Assembly: GCA_037189525.1 (NCBI GenBank) | Contig: JBBCJC010000001.1 | Coordinates: forward strand, 192,001-256,000 | Origin: Gemmatimonadales bacterium | Lineage (GTDB): Bacteria > Gemmatimonadota > Gemmatimonadetes > Gemmatimonadales > GWC2-71-9 | Length of the DNA: 64,000 nucleotides | Reading direction: 5' to 3' | Shown: one piece after another, positions 29,186 through 37,468 of the stretch | Layout: each line of letters begins with the position of its first letter | Position numbering within the stretch: position 1 is the stretch's first letter | Notes under the pieces: model-generated | Told to the model about the DNA's origin: nothing | The model's input: only the letters and a program-made list of their open reading frames with translations | The model's database searches: none | Program-made: the position numbers and the translations under genes

Positions 29186-29574
29186 ACCGGGTCCTGCGCA
29201 ACGCTGCGCAGCCGGTCCTCCGACGAACGGCCGTCACGAACCACGCGGTCGACTCGCACCAGGTCCACGAACCGGATCAGGTCGCCGGACGCGACCAGCG
29301 CGCCCTGGCGCCGCAACTCGGCAACATCCGGGTTGCCAGGCAAAATCAGGATCCGGAATTCGGGCGGGAAATTGGCTTGAATCACGGGGGTCAGGACCGA
29401 CTCGGCTCCGGCAACGATGACCTCGACACTGTCGGTTTGCTCGACCCGCGTCACGTGCCGAAGGGCGTCGACGGTTGCCTTAGGACCCCACGGCAACACC
29501 AGGGACACCCGCGCTCGGCTGCGGGCACCCTTGATGGGGTCTAGATCTGCTCCTCGTCGACTACTCGGCGTCAT
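29182..29574 (-). CDS. Short degenerate GT2-like (GT-A N-terminal) protein
   Basis: VSLVLP...EVIVA...ELRRQGALVASGDLIRFVD resembles the GT2 nucleotide-binding half; ATGA-type overlap with the downstream GT2; lies behind a sigma54 promoter. Confidence 0.6.
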   Translation of the reverse strand: MTPSSRRGADLDPIKGARSRARVSLVLPWGPKATVDALRHVTRVEQTDSVEVIVAGAESVLTPVIQANFPPEFRILILPGNPDVAELRRQGALVASGDLIRFVDLVRVDRVVRDGRSSEDRLRSVAQDPV

Positions 29575-29607
29575 AGTTTTCCGCATCTCGAACTATGGCG
29601 CAGTCGA

Positions 29608-29623
29608 AGCAAACACGATGCCG
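29608..29623 (-). promoter_or_regulatory. Putative sigma54 promoter for the GT cluster 29574-25733
   Basis: Minus strand CGGCATCGTGTTTGCT; palindromic site TGCTGC-N6-GCAACA at 29649-29666 upstream. Confidence 0.7.
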
Positions 29624-29736
29624 CGATGCAATACATACCCATCATGGGTGCTGCGTCAACGCAACAGTACCCACTACTCGCGGTCAGTTGCGTCAAAGTC
29701 CGGGGGGAGCAGAGGCACGCATCGCGGACTGGCCCC

Positions 29737-30945
29737 TCAGGACCCGATGCGCACCAGCAGCCGCTCGAGTTCTGCCGCGCTGGCTTCCCACGAGCTGTTC
29801 GAAGCAACCAGCGCGCGCCCCGCATCACCCATCCGACGACGATCGGCCTCATCACGCAGCAGATGCACGACGTGGGTTGCCAGCTCCGCGCTGCGTTCCC
29901 CCAGCAGATAGTGCGTTCCCGCCTCCGCGCCCACGATGCCTTCGAAGGCAATCGGCGTCCCCACGACGGGACGTCCCATGGCCCAGGCCTCGAGCACCTT
30001 GTTCTTCACGCCGGCCCCCGAGCGGAGCGGGGCAACCACCACCTGCGCGCTCTCCAGATAGGGACGGACATCGGGCACCGAGCCGGTCACGGTAATGCCC
30101 GGGATCTCGCCTAACGCCTTGACTTCGTCGGTCGGGTGCCGCCCGACCACGACGAACCCGGCGTTTGCGACCTCGCGCCGAACCAGCGGCCAGACCTCGT
30201 GCGCAAACCAAACGGCGGCCTTGGCGTTGGGTTCGTAGCTCATGACCCCCGAGAAGACGACGGTCGGGATCCCGGCCTCGGCCAGGGCACGGCGATCGAA
30301 ATAGGAGAGGTCGACCCCATTTCCAATGACCGTCAGCTCGGGACCGCGACAAGTTCCGCCAAATGCCTCGGCGTCGTTACTCGAAATCAGAATGGCGTGA
30401 GCAATCCGAGACAGGACTTCACGCTCCAGCCGCCGAGTCATCCACCAGTCGGCAAGTCCGGTCCGCAAGGCGGGGCCCCGCTTCTCGCGCAAGGCGCGCC
30501 GACGAGCCAACGACGGCGCATCACAAATGTCGTAGGCGACGGGAATGCCGGCGAGCCCCTGCTCCACGTACGGCATCACCCGCCACCCGGTCGCCAGGAC
30601 ACGATCCCATCGACCGGCGCGAGCGCTCTCCTGGAGCGCGGCAAGCAAGCCGGAATCGTGCGCAGCAAGGTCCCAATAACGCTCGGGATCCCCTCGCAGC
30701 ACCTGATTGATCCGGTTGATGACGCCTGGCCTGGGAACAGGGGGCAGTTCGATCGGCGGGAAGGCCCTCACCTCAGAGAACAACTCGGCGAGCTGGGCCG
30801 CTTCTTCGGGCGAGGGATCAGACCCGATATACCAGAGCGACAGCTCGTGGCGTGCCGCGAGGGGAGCGAGGAGACCGACCTTCCGGAGTTCGTACCCCCC
30901 GATAATCGGAAACAACGGGTGTGCCGATATTACCAACAGCCGCAT
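29737..30945 (-). CDS. Glycosyltransferase family 4, of the type seen in exosortase loci
   Basis: NGVDLSYF, FSGVMSYEPN, GSVPDVRPYL, APLRSGAGVKNKVLEAWAMG. Confidence 0.92.
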   Translation of the reverse strand: MRLLVISAHPLFPIIGGYELRKVGLLAPLAARHELSLWYIGSDPSPEEAAQLAELFSEVRAFPPIELPPVPRPGVINRINQVLRGDPERYWDLAAHDSGLLAALQESARAGRWDRVLATGWRVMPYVEQGLAGIPVAYDICDAPSLARRRALREKRGPALRTGLADWWMTRRLEREVLSRIAHAILISSNDAEAFGGTCRGPELTVIGNGVDLSYFDRRALAEAGIPTVVFSGVMSYEPNAKAAVWFAHEVWPLVRREVANAGFVVVGRHPTDEVKALGEIPGITVTGSVPDVRPYLESAQVVVAPLRSGAGVKNKVLEAWAMGRPVVGTPIAFEGIVGAEAGTHYLLGERSAELATHVVHLLRDEADRRRMGDAGRALVASNSSWEASAAELERLLVRIGS

Positions 30946-31038
30946 TGATTCCGACCAGAAAGTTCACAGGGAATGTTACGAGGATGAGAACCGCAGGCCA
31001 ACCCTTGACCCGATCACCCCACGATCGGCCACCTCTCC

Positions 31039-31054
31039 TGCATTCCCGATACCA
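31039..31054 (-). promoter_or_regulatory. Putative sigma54 promoter for the GT4 gene starting at 30945
   Basis: Minus strand TGGTATCGGGAATGCA = GG-N10-GC. Confidence 0.65.
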
Positions 31055-31121
31055 CGGCATCGAGCAGGGGGGATTAACGCCTTGGCAGACCCGATTCTAT
31101 GGATCCTCGACCTCGATCATG

Positions 31122-31190
31122 CGATTCTTCAACGCAACATATGTTGCAATAATGCAACAATTACATTACACCTGTTGCGTCCTTGAATCG
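31122..31190. promoter_or_regulatory. Three enhancer-like palindromes between the divergent GT4 and NRPS genes
   Basis: CGATTC-N6-GCAACA (31122), TGTTGCAATAATGCAACA (31142), TGTTGC-N6-GAATCG (31173). Confidence 0.7.
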
Positions 31191-31297
31191 GTGAAGGTGC
31201 GGCATATCCCCAACTTTGCGCCCGATTCTTGCTTCTGCGCTATATCTGTTGCTGTCAAAACATGCGCGTGCTCGTACCACAGGCAAAGCTCGGAAAT

Positions 31298-34200
31298 ATG
31301 ACTGCCGTATCAACCCGCAAAACCGGAACGCCCTGGACCGGAGGCGTCGCCCAGCGAATTGCGATGCACCTGGAAACTTCTCCGCGGGCAGTGGCGGTCC
31401 AGTGGGGTGACGAGCAGCTCAGTTACGCCGAGCTGGATGATCGCGCCGCTCTGGTGGCGGGCCGGCTCAAGCAGGCCGGGGTCCGTCCCGGCGACTTCGT
31501 AGGCCTTTACCTGGACCGGGGTGGCGAGATGGTCACCGCGATCTTGGGCATTCTCAAGGCCGGTGCGGCCTGGGTCCCGCTAGATCCGGCCTACCCGCGC
31601 GACCGGATGGCCTGGATTCTGGCCGATTCCGGCGCGGCCGCGCTGCTCACCAGCCGAGCGCACGCGGGCGAACTCGCCGATGCCGAGGTTCGAGAAATCC
31701 TGCTGGACGATGCCTCGGAGGTCGAGCCAGCCGATGCCGTAGCCGTGGACGCCGACACGCCGGCCTATCTGATATATACGTCGGGTTCGACCGGCCAGCC
31801 CAAGGGCGTCGTCATCACCCACGGGAACCTGAGCCACTACGCCGCAGCCATCAGCGAAACGATCGGGCTCACCGCCCAGGATCGGTACCTGCACACCGCC
31901 TCGCTCGCGTTCTCGTCCTCGGTGCGCCAGCTATTCGCGCCGCTCGGCGCGGGCGCCTGCGTCATCATCGCGCGGCGGGCCGAGATTGCCGATCCGCGGG
32001 AGCTGCTCCAGGTCTGCCGCCGGGCGCGTGTCACGGTCGTCGACCTGGTCCCGTCGTACTGGTCGCGCCTGATCGAGGCCGCCGAGGCCGATCCGTCACT
32101 GCTCGCCGGCTCGGCGCTCCGCCTGACGCTATCGGCCAGCGAACCGCTGCCGGCGGCTCTGGTGCAGCGCTGGCTGGCGCTGACCGGCGGGCAGACCCGC
32201 TTCATCAACATGTACGGCCAGACCGAGACGGCCGGCATCGTCTCGACGGTGACACTGACGCCGAGCCTGCTGTCCGATGGTGCCGTCGCCCCACTCGGCG
32301 CGCCCTTGCCGCGCACCGAAATCCACCTGCTCGACGAATCGGGGATACCCGTTGCCGACGGCGCCGCGGGCGAGATCTGGATCGGCGGCGATGCGGTCGG
32401 CCCCGGCTACCACAATCGTACGGAGCTGACGGCTGAGCGGTTCGTCGATCACCCTACGCTCGGCCGGCGGCTCTATCGCACCGGCGACCTGGGGGTGCGG
32501 CGTCCCGACGGCCTGCTCACCTTTGCCGGACGGCGCGACAACCAGCTCAAGGTGCGCGGCCACCGGGTCGAGGTCGAAGAGGTCGAGGCCACGCTGCAGC
32601 GCCATCCGCAGGTATCGGCCGCGGCCGTGCATGCGCGCGAGCACCAGGGCGAAGCGACGCTGGTGGCGTTCGTGACCTCCACCGACGGCGCCGCGCCGAC
32701 CGGGCGCGAACTCCGGGAACATCTGCTGCGCTCCGTACCGGAATACATGGTCCCCGCCGCGTTCCAGGTAGTCCTGGCCCTGCCCCGGACACCGAACGGC
32801 AAGCTCGACCGCGGCGCGCTGTCGTCGCTCCCCGTCACCTTAGGAGCCGATCGCGCCGCCTACGTCGCGCCGCGCACCGATGCTGAGCGGGCCATGGCGC
32901 GGATCTGGGAGGACGTGATCGGCGTTGCACCGGTCGGCGTTCACGACCACTTCTTCGAAATCGGCGGTCACTCACTGATGGCCGTGCGGGTGCTGGCCCG
33001 AATCCGTTCGGTGTTCGGGACTGAGCCGCCCCTTCGCGTCCTGTTCGAACAGCCAACGGTTGCCGCGCTCACGGCGGCCGTCGCTGCGCTTGGCGCGGAC
33101 TCGGGTGCCGACGCCGGCATCGGCCAACTGACCGACGGACGCACCGCCCCGCTCTCGTTTGCGCAGGAACGGCTCTGGGTCCTCAATCAGATCGAACCGG
33201 ACAGCGCCGCGTACAACCTGGTCGCGGCGTTTCGGATGCGCGGCGCGCTCGACCGGGGCGCCCTCGAGCGCACCCTGACGGAGATCGTCCGCCGCCACGA
33301 GGCGCTGCGCACCTCCTTCCCCAGCACCGACGGCGTAGCTCGCCAGGTGGTCCAGCCGGTCGGCGAGTTTACGCTGGCCGCCGAGACGATCTCCCCGACA
33401 ACCGACGAGACGCTGACCCGCCGCGCGGCAGAGCTGGCGGCGCAACCGTTCGATCTGAGCAACGGACCGCTGTTCCGGGGCACCCTGCTCCGCGCGGCCG
33501 ACGACGACCACTTGCTGGTCATCGTAATGCATCACATCGTGTCGGACGGGTGGTCACGCGGGGTGCTCTACCAGGAAATCGGCGCGCTCTACAAGGCCTA
33601 CGCTTCGGGCGAGGCATCGCCGCTGGCCGAGTTGCCGATCCAGTACGGGGACTTCGCGGCCTGGCAGCGGGACTGGCTGACCGAATCGGTCCTGGCGCGG
33701 CAGTTGGACCACTGGACCCGCCTGCTGGCCGCTCCACTGCCGACGCTCGACTTGCCGACCGACCGGCCGCGCCCCCCGATTCAGACGTTCAAGGGCGCAA
33801 CGCACCGTTTCGAGATCCCTGCCGAGCTTGCATCCCGGCTCAAGGCGCTGGGCGCGGAAGAAGATGCGACCGCGTTCATGGTGCTGCTCGCGGCCTTCCA
33901 GGCCATGCTGAGCCGCTACAGCGGTCAGGACGACATCATCGTCGGGTCGCCGACGGCCGGCCGGACCCGGCTCGAGACGGAAGGCCTGATCGGCTTTTTC
34001 GTCAACACGCTGGCGCTGCGCACCAGCCTGGCCGGTAATCCCAGCTTCCGCACGCTGCTGGGCCGCGTGCGCGAGGTGGCGCTAGGCGCGTTCCAGCATC
34101 AGGATCTGCCGTTCGAGCGGCTGGTCGAAGGGCTGCACCTGCCGCGCGATTTGAGCCGGTCGCCCCTGTTCCAGGTGCTGTTCATCCTTCAGAACACGCC

Positions 34201-37200
34201 GGTGCATCCGCTGGCGCTGCCGGGCGTGGTCTTGGAGCAGGTCGACGTCGACGCCGGCGCCGCCAAGTTCGACCTGACGCTCTCGCTTGCCGTGCAGGAG
34301 AGCGGCTACGTCGGCCACCTCGAATACAATACCGACCTGTTCGACGCCGCCACCATCGAGCGGCTGGGCAACCACTACGTCACGCTGCTCTCTGCCGCGG
34401 CCGCCGCGCCCGACCTGCCGATCGAACGTCTGGGCATCCTCACACCGGCCGAACGCGTCCAGATCGACCGGACCTGGAACGACACGGCCCGCCCGCTGCC
34501 CAGCGCCGACACCCTGGTGACCCAGTTCGAGCGCCAGGTGGCCCTGACGCCCGACACGCCCGCCGCGAGCTTCGAACACGAGACGCTCAGCTACCGAGAA
34601 CTCAACGCGCGCGCCAACCGGCTGGCCCGGCGCCTGCGCGAACTCGGCGTGGCTTCCGGTGTACCGGTCGGCATCTTTGCGGAGCGCTCGCTCGAAATGC
34701 TGGTGGGGATGCTGGCCACGCTGAAAGCAGGCGGGGCGTATCTGCCGCTCGACCCCGCGTACCCGGCCGATCGGATTGCCTTCATGCTGGAGGACAGCGC
34801 GGCGCCGGTTATCGTCACCCAAGGCCGGCTGGTCGACCGCCTGCCGGCCACGACCGCCAAGGTGCTCCGGGCCGACCTCGACGCGGTGTCGTTTGCGCGG
34901 CTGCCGGATGCAAACCTGGACGGCGGTGCAGCACCAAGCGATCTGGCCTACGTGATCTACACGTCGGGTTCGACCGGACGCCCCAAGGGCGTCATGATCG
35001 AGCACCGCAACGTGGTCAACTTCTTCCTGGGCATGGACGAGCGGATCGGCGGCGACGGGCCGGGAACCTGGCTGGCCGTCACCAGCATATCGTTCGACAT
35101 CTCCGTGCTCGAACTGTTCTGGACGCTGACGCGCGGCTTCCATGTCGTGATCCAGGGCGATCCGGAGCGTGTCCGCGCGCAGACTGGCACACCCCGGTCG
35201 GACCGCAAGCTGGGCTTCAGCCTCTTCTACTTCTCGAGCGCCGCGGACGTTCCGCCCGCCGACCGGTATCGGATGCTGATCGAGGGCGCCAAGTTCGGCG
35301 ACGCGAACGGATTCGAAGCGATCTGGACGCCCGAGCGGCACTTCCATGCGTTCGGCGGGCTGTATCCGAACCCGGCGGTCGTGAGCGGCGCCATCGCGGC
35401 CATCACGTCGCGCATCAAGATTCGCACGGGCAGCGTCGTGTTGCCGCTGCACAGCGCCGTCCGCGTGGCCGAAGACTGGGCCGTGATCGACAATCTGTCG
35501 AACGGTCGCGTTGGGCTGGGCTTTGCGTCGGGCTGGCACGACCGTGACTTCGTCTTCGCGCCGCAGAACTACGAGCGCCGACGCGAGATCATGGCGGAGA
35601 TGATCGACACCGTCCGCCGCCTATGGCGCGGCGAGGCCGTGACCATGCCCGGGGGCGCCGGCAAGGACGTAACGATCTCGACGCTGCCGCGCCCGATCCA
35701 GCCGGAGCTTCCGGTCTGGGTGACCGCGGCCGGCACCACCGCGACCTACGAAAAAGCCGGCGAAATCGGCGCCAATGTCCTGACCCACCTGCTGGGCCAG
35801 AGTCCGGAGATTCTGCGCGAGAAGATCGCGGCGTACCGAGCGGCATGGCGCCGCGCCGGGCATACCGGAACCGGTCATGTCAGCCTAATGCTCCATACCT
35901 ATGTCCATCCGGACATGGAGCACGTCAAAGCCAGGGTCTGGCATCCGTTCCGCGACTACCTGCGCACCTCCGTCGACCTGATCAAGGGTCTTGCGGAGGG
36001 CCGCGGTCAGGACATCCGGTCGGCCGAGTTTACCAAGGAGGACATGGAAGCGCTGCTCGACCATGCCTTCCATCGGTACTTCGATACGAGCGCGCTGATG
36101 GGCACGCCCGAGACCACGTTCGAGATGGTCGAACGGGTCAAGGGCATGGACGTCGACGAAATCGCCTGCCTGATCGACTTCGGCATCCCGATCGACGAGA
36201 CGCTGGCCGGGCTCGAGCACCTGGCAGAGTTGCGGCGCCGCTCGGACGAGTCGTCCGCCAGCGCCTCGGCAGACTACGACATTCCTGCGCAGCTCCGGCG
36301 CTGGAACGTGACGCACTTCCAGTGCACGCCCTCGATGGCGGCCATGCTCACGGCGCAGCCCGAGATCAAGCCCGGCTTTGCCGGCCTGACCAAACTCATG
36401 ATCGGCGGGGAAGCCTTCCCACCCGCGCTGGCCGGTGAGCTGCAGCAGCTGGTCCAGGGTGATGTCATCAACATGTACGGCCCGACCGAAACGACGATCT
36501 GGTCGACGACGCAGCAGTTGGAACCGAACGTGACGTCTGTGCCGCTCGGCACTCCGATCGCGAACACGGTCTGCCGGGTGGTCGACCGGAACCTGGAGCC
36601 GGTGCCCGTCGGAATTGCCGGCGAGCTGCTGATCGGCGGCGCGGGCGTGGTGCGCGGCTACCTCAATCGCGCGGAGCTGACGGCTGAGCGCTTCATCGAC
36701 GATCCGCTGGCCCCGGGAAACCGGGTCTATCGGACCGGCGACCTGGTGCGCTGGCGACCCGACGGGCGGCTCGAGTTCCTGGGCCGGCTCGATCACCAGG
36801 TCAAGATCCGCGGCCATCGCATCGAGCTGGGCGAGATCGAAGCCATCGTCGAACAGCACTCGACGGTCCGTGAAGCCGTGGTGATCGCCCGCGAGGATGT
36901 CCCCGGCGACAAGCGGATCGTAGCATACGTCGTGGCGCGTGGCGCGCAGCAGCCGGACGCCTCGGAGATTCGCCAGGCGGTCGGCGCGCGGTTGCCGGAG
37001 TATATGATTCCGAGCCATGTGGTGGTGCTCGATCGGTTGCCGAGAACGCCCAACCTCAAGGTCGACCGCAAGGTCCTTCCGGCGCCCGATCAGCACGCCG
37101 CGCCTGCCGCAAGCTACGTACAGCCGGGCAGCGAACTCGAGCAGACCATCGCCGCGATCTGGCAGGAAGCGCTCCGGCTGCCGCAGGTCGGCGTCAACGA

Positions 37201-37465
37201 CAACTTCTTCGATATCGGCGGCCACTCGCTGCTGACGGTGAAGGTGCATTCGCGGCTGCGCGCCGCAATCGATCGGCCGGTGTCGATCACCGATCTTTTC
37301 CGCTTCCCGACCGTGCGGGCGCTGGCTGAGCATTTGGGTGGTGCGGCACCGGCCGTAGCCACGACAGAAGTTTCGCAAGCACGGGCCGGCGCCCGGCGCG
37401 AAGCGATGCAGCGCCGGCGTGGGCGTCGCCCGGCCGGTGCGAGTCCAGACTCACAGGATCAGTAA
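31298..37465 (+). CDS. NRPS, A-T-C-A[LLM monooxygenase insert]-T
   Basis: Two YTSGSTG.PKG A domains, two GGHSL carrier domains, C domain HHIVSDG, and a MupA/Atu3671-type LLM (FSLFYF, WTPERHFHAFGGLYPNP) at ~35210-36240. Confidence 0.96.
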   Translation: MTAVSTRKTGTPWTGGVAQRIAMHLETSPRAVAVQWGDEQLSYAELDDRAALVAGRLKQAGVRPGDFVGLYLDRGGEMVTAILGILKAGAAWVPLDPAYPRDRMAWILADSGAAALLTSRAHAGELADAEVREILLDDASEVEPADAVAVDADTPAYLIYTSGSTGQPKGVVITHGNLSHYAAAISETIGLTAQDRYLHTASLAFSSSVRQLFAPLGAGACVIIARRAEIADPRELLQVCRRARVTVVDLVPSYWSRLIEAAEADPSLLAGSALRLTLSASEPLPAALVQRWLALTGGQTRFINMYGQTETAGIVSTVTLTPSLLSDGAVAPLGAPLPRTEIHLLDESGIPVADGAAGEIWIGGDAVGPGYHNRTELTAERFVDHPTLGRRLYRTGDLGVRRPDGLLTFAGRRDNQLKVRGHRVEVEEVEATLQRHPQVSAAAVHAREHQGEATLVAFVTSTDGAAPTGRELREHLLRSVPEYMVPAAFQVVLALPRTPNGKLDRGALSSLPVTLGADRAAYVAPRTDAERAMARIWEDVIGVAPVGVHDHFFEIGGHSLMAVRVLARIRSVFGTEPPLRVLFEQPTVAALTAAVAALGADSGADAGIGQLTDGRTAPLSFAQERLWVLNQIEPDSAAYNLVAAFRMRGALDRGALERTLTEIVRRHEALRTSFPSTDGVARQVVQPVGEFTLAAETISPTTDETLTRRAAELAAQPFDLSNGPLFRGTLLRAADDDHLLVIVMHHIVSDGWSRGVLYQEIGALYKAYASGEASPLAELPIQYGDFAAWQRDWLTESVLARQLDHWTRLLAAPLPTLDLPTDRPRPPIQTFKGATHRFEIPAELASRLKALGAEEDATAFMVLLAAFQAMLSRYSGQDDIIVGSPTAGRTRLETEGLIGFFVNTLALRTSLAGNPSFRTLLGRVREVALGAFQHQDLPFERLVEGLHLPRDLSRSPLFQVLFILQNTPVHPLALPGVVLEQVDVDAGAAKFDLTLSLAVQESGYVGHLEYNTDLFDAATIERLGNHYVTLLSAAAAAPDLPIERLGILTPAERVQIDRTWNDTARPLPSADTLVTQFERQVALTPDTPAASFEHETLSYRELNARANRLARRLRELGVASGVPVGIFAERSLEMLVGMLATLKAGGAYLPLDPAYPADRIAFMLEDSAAPVIVTQGRLVDRLPATTAKVLRADLDAVSFARLPDANLDGGAAPSDLAYVIYTSGSTGRPKGVMIEHRNVVNFFLGMDERIGGDGPGTWLAVTSISFDISVLELFWTLTRGFHVVIQGDPERVRAQTGTPRSDRKLGFSLFYFSSAADVPPADRYRMLIEGAKFGDANGFEAIWTPERHFHAFGGLYPNPAVVSGAIAAITSRIKIRTGSVVLPLHSAVRVAEDWAVIDNLSNGRVGLGFASGWHDRDFVFAPQNYERRREIMAEMIDTVRRLWRGEAVTMPGGAGKDVTISTLPRPIQPELPVWVTAAGTTATYEKAGEIGANVLTHLLGQSPEILREKIAAYRAAWRRAGHTGTGHVSLMLHTYVHPDMEHVKARVWHPFRDYLRTSVDLIKGLAEGRGQDIRSAEFTKEDMEALLDHAFHRYFDTSALMGTPETTFEMVERVKGMDVDEIACLIDFGIPIDETLAGLEHLAELRRRSDESSASASADYDIPAQLRRWNVTHFQCTPSMAAMLTAQPEIKPGFAGLTKLMIGGEAFPPALAGELQQLVQGDVINMYGPTETTIWSTTQQLEPNVTSVPLGTPIANTVCRVVDRNLEPVPVGIAGELLIGGAGVVRGYLNRAELTAERFIDDPLAPGNRVYRTGDLVRWRPDGRLEFLGRLDHQVKIRGHRIELGEIEAIVEQHSTVREAVVIAREDVPGDKRIVAYVVARGAQQPDASEIRQAVGARLPEYMIPSHVVVLDRLPRTPNLKVDRKVLPAPDQHAAPAASYVQPGSELEQTIAAIWQEALRLPQVGVNDNFFDIGGHSLLTVKVHSRLRAAIDRPVSITDLFRFPTVRALAEHLGGAAPAVATTEVSQARAGARREAMQRRRGRRPAGASPDSQDQ

Positions 37466-37468
37466 GCA

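Noticed and set aside
31229..31297. N-terminal extension of the NRPS from the TTG in the ORF track
   Set aside because: It runs through atypical, regulatory-looking sequence; the ATG at 31298 is more plausible. The same reasoning trimmed the ORF-track starts at 18592, 22345, 22435, 58203 and 63703.
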